A stretch of 44,509 nt of DNA, from assembly GCA_964531745.1 (NCBI GenBank), contig CAZHFX010000004.1:1-44509 (forward strand), in the 5' to 3' direction. Each line of letters begins with the position of its first letter. Position 1 is the first letter of the stretch. Shown piece after piece: positions 24,539 through 33,402 of the stretch. The notes beneath the pieces are model-generated. The model was not told the origin of the DNA, did no database searches, and worked only from the letters and a program-made list of their open reading frames with translations. Both the position numbers and the translations under genes were made by a program. The DNA is from an uncultured Gammaproteobacteria bacterium. GTDB lineage: Bacteria; Patescibacteriota; Patescibacteriia; Magasanikbacterales; GWA2-37-8.

Positions 24539-25228
24539 ATGCCTAAAAATAAACTTGATACCGTTGAAATTGTTGAGCCGCCGCTCGGGGAGCTTACCAA
24601 GAAACGATCTTCTTTCAAACGAACCTGCTTCACCGGCTGCGGCTGTTTATTGTTGCTCCTCATCGCCCTGGTAGCGGCTTTCCGAATAGCGGTCGGCGCC
24701 GGTCCAACCACACTTCCGACCGTGCCCAAGAACTTTCCGGACACTATCACTATTTACGACAAAGACACGATTGACCGAATTACTTTTATCTCCGGGCGCT
24801 ACAAAAACCGCAGTATGGAGATCGCGGCGCTTTTCCCCAAAGTTATTTTGTCCTCTCTGCTGTTAACCATACAGCATGATGAACAGCCAAAAATCCAATC
24901 GGATAACATGGCCGCCGCTCCCTTAACGCGCCGATTTTGGTCAATGCTGACGGCGCCGGTTGGCGACGCGCGCGATACCGTGCAAATTGAATGGAAAAAT
25001 ATGGATGCCGAACCAAGCTTCGTGTCGTCATATTATAAAAAAGAATTGTTGAAAAAAGGTTACGCCATCAACGAGGAAAAAAACAGCAAAGGCGCTTACG
25101 CTTTTTCCTTCAGCCAAGGCGCGACTAGCGGAGCGCTTCTGGTTCAAGGAGAGGAAGAAAAACGTCCGGGAACCGATTACGCCGTTTTAACGGTTAACTT
25201 CACCAGCGCCCCTTCCATCAAGCCATAA
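24539..25228 (+). CDS. Hypothetical membrane-anchored protein.
   Basis: 229-aa ORF with one TM helix (CFTGCGCLLLLLIALVAAF). It ends 1 nt before the murJ start. No family was recognised. Confidence 0.6.
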   Translation: MPKNKLDTVEIVEPPLGELTKKRSSFKRTCFTGCGCLLLLLIALVAAFRIAVGAGPTTLPTVPKNFPDTITIYDKDTIDRITFISGRYKNRSMEIAALFPKVILSSLLLTIQHDEQPKIQSDNMAAAPLTRRFWSMLTAPVGDARDTVQIEWKNMDAEPSFVSSYYKKELLKKGYAINEEKNSKGAYAFSFSQGATSGALLVQGEEEKRPGTDYAVLTVNFTSAPSIKP

Positions 25229-25229
25229 C

Positions 25230-26849
25230 ATGCTGAGACGACTACTAACCTCTCCAACTAAAACAATTACCGGCGCGGCGGTCGTGATCGCCGCTTCAAC
25301 CCTTTTAAGCCGGTTGATCGGCCTCGCGCGCGATAGAATTTTCGCGCACTATTTTGGCGCCGGACCGGTAATGGACGCCTATTACGCCGCGTTCAAAATT
25401 CCAGACCTCATTTATAATCTGCTGATCATCGGAGCGCTCACTGCCGGATTCATTCCTACCTTCACTAAACTATTTTATCAAAGCGAAGATAAAACACCGG
25501 CTTGGCGGCTCGCCAACTCCATCGTCAATATCGTCAGCGCCACTCTCTTAGTCTTGTGCGGCATCGGCATAGCAGCCACGCCGTATTTGTCGCGCGCCAT
25601 TGCTCCCGGATTCTCCGAAGAAAGCCGACAGATGGTCATTACCTTTACCAGAATCATGCTGTTTTCTCCCCTGCTCCTCGGCATTTCTATGGTAATGGGC
25701 GGAATTCTACAATCACTCCGGCAATTTTTAGTTTATTCCGTCGCTCCCATATTTTATAACATCGGCATTATCATCGGCGCGCTGATTCTTGTCCCGCTCT
25801 TCGGCCTATCCGGTTTGGCCTGGGGCGTGGCGCTAGGAGCGGCGGCGCATGGCAGCATTCAAATATATGGCGCCCGCCGTAATGGCTATCGCTGGAAACC
25901 ACTCCTGGAATTTAGAAACCCGGACGTGCGCTTGATCGGCAAATTGATGGCGCCGCGGACGCTTGGATTGGCTATGACGCAGATAAATAACGTGGTTGTA
26001 ACTATGCTGGGGTCTCTTTTGCCGGCCGGTTCAGTGGCGGTCTATAACTATGCCAACAATTTACAGGCCGTACCCACCGGCATCATCGGCATACCATTCG
26101 CTCTGGCGGTGTTCCCTCTGCTCTCAATGGCCGCGGCCGAACGGAGTTTTGACCGTTTTATTGAATATCTCGGCAGCGCCACCAGACAAATATTTTTCCT
26201 TACGGTGCCAGCGGCTATTTTGATTCTGCTGTTACGCGCGCAAATCGTCCGCGTTGTTTTGGGGAGCGGAGCATTCAACTGGACGGCGACTATCGCGACC
26301 GCGAACGCCCTGGCGTTCTTCGCTCTCGGTTTACTAGCTCAAGCGCTCATTCCGCTTTACGCGCGCGCTTTCTACGCGCTGTCGGACACAAAAACGCCAT
26401 TTGTCGCCGGACTGATTTCAGAACTCTTCGGCATCATCGCCGCTCTTCTTCTCATGAAACCGCTGGGGGTGGCCGGATTAGCGCTCGCGAGCGCTCTCGG
26501 GGCCTCTATCAATATCGTTCTTCTCGTGATATTGCTCCAAGAAAAAACCAAATATTTGGAGCTTGACCGGTTCCTTGTCGCCGCTTTCAAAATCAGCGTC
26601 GCGGGAGGCTTAATGGCGATTTTGATTCAAATTTTGAAATACCCGCTTAATGCCGTATTAAATTTGGATTATTTTTATGGAATCTTGCTACAAGGATTTA
26701 TTTCCGGTAGTGTAGGGTTGCTTGTTTACGGCCTGATCTGCCGCGCCCTTAAACTGGAAGAGATGGCCCATTTCCAAAGCAGTTTAAAAAAACGCTGGCT
26801 CCGGCTCTGGAGCGTTCCGGCCGGTATTGACGAGGCGGAGGGATTGTAG
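25230..26849 (+). CDS. murJ: Lipid II flippase MurJ (MviN).
   Basis: 539 aa, ~14 TM helices. The N-terminus AAVVIAASTLLSRLIGLARDRIFAHYFGAGPVMDAYYAAFKIPD is the typical MurJ signature. Confidence 0.9.
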   Translation: MLRRLLTSPTKTITGAAVVIAASTLLSRLIGLARDRIFAHYFGAGPVMDAYYAAFKIPDLIYNLLIIGALTAGFIPTFTKLFYQSEDKTPAWRLANSIVNIVSATLLVLCGIGIAATPYLSRAIAPGFSEESRQMVITFTRIMLFSPLLLGISMVMGGILQSLRQFLVYSVAPIFYNIGIIIGALILVPLFGLSGLAWGVALGAAAHGSIQIYGARRNGYRWKPLLEFRNPDVRLIGKLMAPRTLGLAMTQINNVVVTMLGSLLPAGSVAVYNYANNLQAVPTGIIGIPFALAVFPLLSMAAAERSFDRFIEYLGSATRQIFFLTVPAAILILLLRAQIVRVVLGSGAFNWTATIATANALAFFALGLLAQALIPLYARAFYALSDTKTPFVAGLISELFGIIAALLLMKPLGVAGLALASALGASINIVLLVILLQEKTKYLELDRFLVAAFKISVAGGLMAILIQILKYPLNAVLNLDYFYGILLQGFISGSVGLLVYGLICRALKLEEMAHFQSSLKKRWLRLWSVPAGIDEAEGL

Positions 26850-26854
26850 CCGCT

Positions 26855-28663
26855 ATGAACGACCACATTCGCAATTTTTGTATTATCGCGCATATAGACC
26901 ACGGCAAATCCACGCTCGCGGATCGTTTTTTGGAATTAACGAAAACCGTGTCAGAACGGGAAATGAAATCACAGCTCCTTGATTCCATGGATTTGGAACG
27001 CGAGCGCGGCATCACCATTAAATTGACGCCGGTGCGCATGAAATATTCGCTGAAAGGGCAGGAATATATTTTGGATTTGATTGACACCCCGGGTCACGTG
27101 GATTTTAACTATGAAGTGTCGCGCTCGCTCGCCGCCGTGGAAGGAGCGATTTTGCTGGTTGACGCCACGCAAGGCGTGCAGGCACAAACCATCGGCAACC
27201 TCTACCTGGCAATGGAACAGAATCTCGCGATTATTCCGGTGATCAACAAAATTGACATGCCGATCGCGAATGTGAAAAAAACAAAGGAAGAAATAATTAA
27301 TCTGCTTGGTTGTAAAGAAAAGGACATTTTACTCGCCTCCGGCAAAACCGGCCAAGGGGTAGAAGCTATTCTTGAGGCAGTAATTGATCGCGTGCCGCCG
27401 CCGCCGGATAATACCGTCCGGCCGCCGCGCGCGCTAATCTTTGATTCTCTTTTTAACGAATACAAGGGGGTGGTGGCTTCGGTGCGCATCGCTGACGGGG
27501 AATTAAAAAAAGGCGATAAAATTTATCTGATGAGCACCCGCGCCCCGGCGGAGGTGCTGGAACTTGGCTACTATACGCCAAAATTCAAATCAGCCGAATG
27601 TTTGCAAAACGGTGAAATTGGATACATAGTCACCGGCCTCAAAGAAGTGCGCGACTGCCGCGTCGGCGACACCATTACTTTGCTCGGAGAGGAAAAAAAT
27701 GGCGTGACCCATGAGGCGCTGCCCGGCTACCGCGAAGTGAAGCCGATGGTTTTCGCCGGCATCTTCCCCAAGGAAGGCGACGCTTACCAGGAACTGCGCG
27801 ATGCCATTGATAAACTGAAATTAAGCGATTCGTCGCTCGTCTATGAACCAGAGCATTCACACGCGCTGGGTTTTGGTTTTCGTTGCGGCTTCCTCGGGAT
27901 GCTCCATTTGGACATTTTCCAAGAACGCCTAAAGCGCGAACACGGTCTGGAAATTATCATTACCATGCCAAGCGTGGCCTACCACGTAACGCAAACAAAT
28001 AGCGAAAAACTGGTTATCAACAGCCCGCAAGCCATGCCGCCTGCCGGGCATATTGCCGCGGTTGAGGAACCATGGATTAAGCTGGATATTATTACCCCCA
28101 AAGACTATGTGGGAAGCGTGATGGGGCTGGTGTCTGAGCGGAAGGGCCGCTATAAAAATACCGAGTACTTAAGCACGGGCGCAGACCAAAGAGCTCTGCT
28201 CCACTATGAAATTCCGCTGGCCTCGCTCATCACGGATTTTTATGATAAACTTAAAACAGTTACCAGCGGCTACGCTTCCATGAATTACGAGCTAGTGGGC
28301 TACGAAGCCACCGAAGTGGTAAAACTGGATATTCTGGTGGCCGAAGAACCGGTGGAAGCACTAGCGACTTTGGTGTGGAAAGACCAAGCCTACGCGGTCG
28401 GTAAAAAAATCTGCGAATCGCTCAAAGAGTCTTTACCCAAACAACAGTTCGTCTTAAAAATTCAAGCCGCGATTGGCGGGAAAATTATCGCCTCTGAACA
28501 TTTGTCGGCCCTGCGCAAAGACGTACTGGCCAAAATGAGCGGCGGCGACTACACGCGCAAGATGAAACTGCTCCAAAAACAGAAAAAGGGTAAAGCACGC
28601 ATGTTGTCACACGGCAAGGTGGACATTCCAACGGAAGCCTATTTGGCAGTGCTTAAACGATAA
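26855..28663 (+). CDS. lepA: Elongation factor 4 (LepA).
   Basis: G-domain motifs AHIDHGKST, DTPGHVDF and NKID, plus the LepA-specific C-terminal domain (…QKKGKARMLSHGKVDIPTEAYLAVLK). Confidence 0.95.
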   Translation: MNDHIRNFCIIAHIDHGKSTLADRFLELTKTVSEREMKSQLLDSMDLERERGITIKLTPVRMKYSLKGQEYILDLIDTPGHVDFNYEVSRSLAAVEGAILLVDATQGVQAQTIGNLYLAMEQNLAIIPVINKIDMPIANVKKTKEEIINLLGCKEKDILLASGKTGQGVEAILEAVIDRVPPPPDNTVRPPRALIFDSLFNEYKGVVASVRIADGELKKGDKIYLMSTRAPAEVLELGYYTPKFKSAECLQNGEIGYIVTGLKEVRDCRVGDTITLLGEEKNGVTHEALPGYREVKPMVFAGIFPKEGDAYQELRDAIDKLKLSDSSLVYEPEHSHALGFGFRCGFLGMLHLDIFQERLKREHGLEIIITMPSVAYHVTQTNSEKLVINSPQAMPPAGHIAAVEEPWIKLDIITPKDYVGSVMGLVSERKGRYKNTEYLSTGADQRALLHYEIPLASLITDFYDKLKTVTSGYASMNYELVGYEATEVVKLDILVAEEPVEALATLVWKDQAYAVGKKICESLKESLPKQQFVLKIQAAIGGKIIASEHLSALRKDVLAKMSGGDYTRKMKLLQKQKKGKARMLSHGKVDIPTEAYLAVLKR

Positions 28664-28681
28664 TCTGTTTAAATCCGCGTT

Positions 28682-28777
28682 ATGAAACCAAAAACTAAAA
28701 AATCTCTCAAAATATTGGTGGCCATTATCGGAATCATCGGCATGCTATTTTTCACGATTTTGCCGGCATTACAGTAA
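28682..28777 (+). CDS. Possible 31-aa hydrophobic micro-protein.
   Basis: ATG 28682 to TAA 28777 gives MKPKTKKSLKILVAIIGIIGMLFFTILPALQ, a basic N-terminus plus one TM helix. It is below the track's size cut-off and fills the lepA-recJ gap. Confidence 0.35.
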   Translation: MKPKTKKSLKILVAIIGIIGMLFFTILPALQ

Positions 28778-28795
28778 TCACAGTTGTCAATTATT

Positions 28796-30652
28796 ATGAA
28801 AAAATGGATCGTGACCGAACCGCCGCCAAAAGAATTTTCCGAAGCTCACCCGGAGTTACCCGCTATTGTGGCGCGGCTCCTCTGGAACCGCAATCTCAAA
28901 ACACAAGAACAGATTGACGAATTTCTAAATCCGGATTATGAGGGAGATATTCATGATCCTTTTTTATTTAATGACATGGACAAAGCGGTGGCCTTGATCT
29001 GGGAATGCCTGGAACATGACAAAAAAATTGTGGTGCATGGCGACTATGACGCGGACGGCGTATGCGCTTCAGCCATTATCCTCACCACCCTAAAAAAACT
29101 GGGGGCGAAAAAAACCGGTGTCTTCCTCCCTCATCGCGAAACGGATGGCTACGGGCTCAATAATCGCACGATTCAACTCTTAAAAGACGGCGGAGCAGAA
29201 CTAATCATCACCTGCGACTGCGGTATTGGGAACACCGAAGAAATTACGCTGGCGAAAAAGTTGGGCATGAGCGTGATTGTCACCGACCACCATGCTATGC
29301 CAGCAGTATTCCCCCCGGCCGATGCCATTATCCACCCACTGGTGCCCGGCGAAAAATACCCGGACAAAACGCTCGCGGGCGGCGGGGTGGCTTTCAAACT
29401 GGCGCAGGCTTTGTTGCAACATCACCGCCAACTTAACTGTCATCCTGAGCGGAGCGAAGGATCCCTTAACCCAATCAAAAGGGATTCTTCGGCTACGCCT
29501 CAGAATGACAAAGACGCGACACAATGCAAATTACCCTCAGGCGAATCGTACGCATCCGCCGAAAAGTGGCTATTGGATTTAGTTTCCATCTCCACCGTCG
29601 GCGATATGGTGCCCCTGGTCGGAGAATCGCGCACACTGGTGCGCTACGGCTTAACGGTTTTAAACAAAACTAAAAATGTCGGTTTGAAAAAACTGTTGGC
29701 GGTGGCCGGACTGATAGACGAAAATGGAAAATCCAAACGAACTTTTGACACTCAAACCATCAGTTTCCAAATCGCGCCGCGCATCAACGCCGCCGGCCGC
29801 ATGGACCACGCCAATGTCGCTTTCGCTCTCCTGATGGCGGAAACGGAAGACGAAGCCGACTCGCTCGCCCTCCAACTCAACAAAAACAATACCGACCGAC
29901 AGAAACTCACCGATCAGATAGCGGCCGCGGCGCGCAAACAAATTAAAGACACCAAACAGGAAAATAACTCCATCATTTTTGTTTTTGGCGAGAATTGGGC
30001 CACGGGCATTGTGGGGCTGATAGCCGGCCGCGTCAAAGAAGAGTTCGGTAAACCGGTGATCGCCATGGGCTTGAACAACGGCCTCATTACCGGTTCGGGC
30101 CGGAGTGTCCCGGGCTTTAATATGATTGAAACGCTCAAAACCATACCGGAATTTTTCTATAAATTCGGCGGCCACCCGCAGGCCTGCGGATTTTCTCTCA
30201 AAAATCGGGAGGCGCTAGAAGAATTCAAAACCACCCTGCTGACTAAAGCGGATATAGGCACAAAAGATCTTGATCTAACGCCCCAAATAAAAATTGACGC
30301 CGAGGTGGACTTGGATGAAGTGAACTGGAAGCTTTACGATATTTTACAAAAATTTGAACCATTCGGAGTGGCCAACGAAGAGCCGCTTTACGCGGCTACC
30401 GGCCTCACCGTGATGGGGGTAGACCCGGTGGGGTCCGACGGCAAACATTTGCGCCTGATGGTAAAACATAATTCCCATATAGTGCGCAAAACTATCGCCT
30501 TTGGCTTTGGCAATGTAGAGCGCCACCCTGACAACTGGAGCGCTCTGCGACCCGGCGACAAAATTGATCTGGCTTTCACGGTGGGAGTAAACGAATGGAA
30601 CGGCAACCGCGAACTGCAGTTGCAAGTAGAAGATATTAAAAAGAGTATCTGA
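28796..30652 (+). CDS. recJ: Single-stranded-DNA-specific exonuclease RecJ.
   Basis: DHH motifs (HGDYDADGVCA, TCDCG, VTDHH) and DHHA1 GGHPQACG. I prefer ATG 28796 to the track's TTG 28784. Confidence 0.9.
   Translation: MKKWIVTEPPPKEFSEAHPELPAIVARLLWNRNLKTQEQIDEFLNPDYEGDIHDPFLFNDMDKAVALIWECLEHDKKIVVHGDYDADGVCASAIILTTLKKLGAKKTGVFLPHRETDGYGLNNRTIQLLKDGGAELIITCDCGIGNTEEITLAKKLGMSVIVTDHHAMPAVFPPADAIIHPLVPGEKYPDKTLAGGGVAFKLAQALLQHHRQLNCHPERSEGSLNPIKRDSSATPQNDKDATQCKLPSGESYASAEKWLLDLVSISTVGDMVPLVGESRTLVRYGLTVLNKTKNVGLKKLLAVAGLIDENGKSKRTFDTQTISFQIAPRINAAGRMDHANVAFALLMAETEDEADSLALQLNKNNTDRQKLTDQIAAAARKQIKDTKQENNSIIFVFGENWATGIVGLIAGRVKEEFGKPVIAMGLNNGLITGSGRSVPGFNMIETLKTIPEFFYKFGGHPQACGFSLKNREALEEFKTTLLTKADIGTKDLDLTPQIKIDAEVDLDEVNWKLYDILQKFEPFGVANEEPLYAATGLTVMGVDPVGSDGKHLRLMVKHNSHIVRKTIAFGFGNVERHPDNWSALRPGDKIDLAFTVGVNEWNGNRELQLQVEDIKKSI
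29438..29510. repeat. 73-nt palindromic (MITE/REP-like) element embedded in-frame in recJ.
   Basis: The outer arms are TGTCATCCTGAG and CTCAGAATGACA (11 of 12 paired). The inner arms are CGAAGGATCCCTT and AAGGGATTCTTCG (13 bp with one G-T). It translates as ...CHPERSEGSLNPIKRDSSATPQND... in the recJ frame, and as VILRRSRRIP...GSFAPLRMT in the opposite-strand ORF. Confidence 0.7.
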
Positions 30653-30961
30653 TTATCTCTTTATTTCTTTCTCCAAATCTTTCCATTTTCTCTTCAACTG
30701 CCGAATCAAATGATCGGTCATTTCGGCGGCTAGCTTTTTTTTGCCGGCGTATTCCGCGACCGCCCGCTCCACGAGCGCGTCATACATTTCTTTGGTCGGC
30801 CCCTCCAGTTGTTTAAGGCTTGTTTTCAATTCGTTATAAAGCGGCTCTAAATGCGCCGCCAATTTAGCGCGCATCTCTTTACCCTTGGGCGTGGCATTGA
30901 GCCACATCAAGGTCGCGCCGAGCAACCCACCTAAAAATAAGCCTTTTTTGAATCGTCCCAT
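30653..30961 (-). CDS. YtxH-like protein (N-terminal TM helix plus helical domain).
   Basis: MGRFKKGLFLGGLLGATLMWL... followed by an amphipathic helical region typical of the YtxH family. Its stop codon abuts the recJ stop. Confidence 0.7.
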   Translation of the reverse strand: MGRFKKGLFLGGLLGATLMWLNATPKGKEMRAKLAAHLEPLYNELKTSLKQLEGPTKEMYDALVERAVAEYAGKKKLAAEMTDHLIRQLKRKWKDLEKEIKR

Positions 30962-31023
30962 ATACTTAAAACGCTAAATTTATAAGTTCTACGCACTAAA
31001 CAGCGTGAAATACTTACTGCTAA

Positions 31024-31962
31024 TCAAGTGCCACAGCCTGGTTGAGCCGCCGCCGGGCCGCCCGCGCTTAACTCCGTGCCAAAACCGGCGCCATAGGAAC
31101 TATTGCTTAGAGTCTTTTGACATTCCGCGGGAGGATTGGTGAAAGCGGCGCAGATGACTTGTTTCAGAGCTTCCGGAGTGCGGTTTACCGGATAAAGAAC
31201 GCATTGAGCGCCGAGCGCCTGACATTGGGCAAAATCCTCTTCAGAAGAAGCGAGGGTAACCCCGTTTACCACTAAAGTCGGCGAGCCCTGTACGCCATAC
31301 TTGCGACTCAAATCGGCGTGAATCGGAAAGACTGGATAACGGCCATTAAGCCATGACCCTTGATCATTATATTTAGCCATAACGCCAAATTTTTTATCAG
31401 TGCGAGAAATACAACTCGCGAGAGCGGATTGATTTACATCAACGGCGGTCAAACATTGCTGATACCCCGCTTCGTTGCCATCATTTTGACCGGCGCCAAA
31501 GAAACATTTTAGATAAGCTTGATACTTGGCCGACTGTTCGGTTTGGATACAGTGCTGGCGAGTGTTCTCGTCCACCTCTTTCTTACCATGCATGGCGTAA
31601 GAAACGAACTTCACACTGATATCAGCCTTGTTTTTAAGAAGCTCCCAGGCTGGCGCCGCGGCCTTTTCCATCTGCAAGCCGAACGGGCAGTAGGACATCA
31701 CAAATAACTCCACTTTTGGTTTACTGGTTTTGGGCAAATTAGACGCCGGAGCAGATGGCGCCGTTGGAGATGGTCCCTGGACAGCCACCGGAGCCGATGC
31801 GGCCGGCGCGGGTGTTCCGATGTCTTTACCTTTAAACATAATCGCTCCGAGCACGATAAAACCAATCGTGCCAACGGATAACACGCCGCCGACCAACCCA
31901 ACAACAAGAGCGCTCTTAGGGTCTAATTGACTAAAAAAACTTTTTGGCTCGTCCATAATCAT
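31024..31962 (-). CDS. Membrane-anchored, Cys-rich thioredoxin-fold (DsbA/glutaredoxin-like) protein.
   Basis: N-terminal TM helix, Pro/Ala/Ser linker, then VELFVMSYCPFGLQ (a monothiol CPFG at the position of a CxxC) and multiple paired cysteines downstream. The fold assignment is tentative. Confidence 0.5.
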   Translation of the reverse strand: MIMDEPKSFFSQLDPKSALVVGLVGGVLSVGTIGFIVLGAIMFKGKDIGTPAPAASAPVAVQGPSPTAPSAPASNLPKTSKPKVELFVMSYCPFGLQMEKAAAPAWELLKNKADISVKFVSYAMHGKKEVDENTRQHCIQTEQSAKYQAYLKCFFGAGQNDGNEAGYQQCLTAVDVNQSALASCISRTDKKFGVMAKYNDQGSWLNGRYPVFPIHADLSRKYGVQGSPTLVVNGVTLASSEEDFAQCQALGAQCVLYPVNRTPEALKQVICAAFTNPPAECQKTLSNSSYGAGFGTELSAGGPAAAQPGCGT

Positions 31963-31973
31963 AGAACGTAAAA

Positions 31974-32591
31974 TTAAATTACTTCTTTGAATAAACTATT
32001 ATATAACAAAACATATTTTAACGCAACCGCATCACCGTGATCCGCCGGAGCATCCGGCAAATAATCGCCAAGCCAGCTGGCGGAACCGTCCACTTCATAA
32101 AATTTGCCTTTGGCCATCAGCGCGGCGCCAAAATTCTTTAGAAACATCTGCTCCGAGGGGGCGGCCACAACGTCGGACAGCTGAAACAATTTAGGAAGAT
32201 AATACCTATTATACCAGACAATGCCCAAACTAAAAAAATCCGGGGTGGCCACACGGCGATGAAATGTCGCCACCAAAGGAATTTGCGGATGTTCCTTTTT
32301 CCAGGCAATAATTTTTCCGGCCGCCCCCAAAAATGGACAGTGCGCGTGGACGAGATCATACTCGCTCAAAGTCGCGATTAATTCCGCAACCGAATTGAGG
32401 CCCAAAAAACGCTGCGATGGCGCTTTAGCGGCCACCTCTCCGCGCTCCTCCCGCGAAGCGCCGCCATACTGCAAAGTAAACGCGTCGGCCTCAATACCAT
32501 ACTCGGGAAGTTTTCCGACCAAAGAAAAAGCGGCGGCGCGGATGTCGTCAAAATAGTCAAAGGCAGAAGGGATGATGTGAAGGATTTTCAT
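31974..32591 (-). CDS. Stand-alone glycosyltransferase-4-like N-terminal domain protein.
   Basis: MKILHIIPSAF...DLVHAHCPF... resembles the N-terminal Rossmann half of GT4 enzymes. At 205 aa it lacks the C-terminal EX7E half. Confidence 0.5.
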   Translation of the reverse strand: MKILHIIPSAFDYFDDIRAAAFSLVGKLPEYGIEADAFTLQYGGASREERGEVAAKAPSQRFLGLNSVAELIATLSEYDLVHAHCPFLGAAGKIIAWKKEHPQIPLVATFHRRVATPDFFSLGIVWYNRYYLPKLFQLSDVVAAPSEQMFLKNFGAALMAKGKFYEVDGSASWLGDYLPDAPADHGDAVALKYVLLYNSLFKEVI

Positions 32592-33394
32592 ACTTTTTTG
32601 CGCGCCATGAGATGGACATTGGGCGACGGCGCCCGGCTGAAAACCGCCGATTCTAGATAAATAAAGCCGTTCACTGCTTTTTTTATCAGTTTCACCGGCG
32701 GCGATGATTTTTGGTCAAAATACATTTCGTTATTGATTTGTTGGAATCCCTGCCGTTTAGCCGCTCGATCCATTAAAAAGAAAGCAACCACGCCCACGAT
32801 CTGGCCGAGCAGATGTTCGCTGTAACGGAGCGACACAACGGAAAAATGGGGCTGAAATAGAATTAACAGGGAGCGACGGAAAAAATAGTTAATGTGCCCG
32901 GCATATTTTCCCGTCAGGTTGCGCTTCAAACGCAATTTATCAAGCAAATGCCAAAGCGACAGCGAGTCGCTTTCGCATGGCACAAAGCAATAGGCAATGC
33001 CGCCCGACAGCAACACCCGAGACATTTCCGCGAGCAGAGCGGCCGGGTCGGCCACGTGCTCCAAAACATCAAAAATAAGCACAGCGTCAAAAAAACTATC
33101 TTCATAAGGGAAACGTTCGGCGCTCACAGCATAAACAACGCCGTCAGCGCGGCTTTTGGCCTCGTCAATGGCTTGGACGCTAATATCGCAACCATGGCAA
33201 TCAAGCTCCGGCCGAAGCTGTTTAATGCCTCTGATAAACCGGCCGGCGCCACAACCAATTTCCAGAACTTTGGAGCCAGCCGGAAGAGTGCACAGAGCAT
33301 TTAGAGCCTGGCGCAAACGAAAACTGGCCGGGTCGCTCCACGCGAGAATGGCCGTCCCCCGCCCCCAAATAGATTGTTCGTAGTTAAATGGCAC
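32588..33394 (-). CDS. Class I SAM-dependent methyltransferase.
   Basis: Motif I VLEIGCGAGRF, plus DAVLIFDVLEHV. It has a GTG start at 33394, and its stop overlaps the downstream start (ATGA). Confidence 0.8.
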   Translation of the reverse strand: MPFNYEQSIWGRGTAILAWSDPASFRLRQALNALCTLPAGSKVLEIGCGAGRFIRGIKQLRPELDCHGCDISVQAIDEAKSRADGVVYAVSAERFPYEDSFFDAVLIFDVLEHVADPAALLAEMSRVLLSGGIAYCFVPCESDSLSLWHLLDKLRLKRNLTGKYAGHINYFFRRSLLILFQPHFSVVSLRYSEHLLGQIVGVVAFFLMDRAAKRQGFQQINNEMYFDQKSSPPVKLIKKAVNGFIYLESAVFSRAPSPNVHLMARKKV

Positions 33395-33402
33395 AAATTA
33401 AA

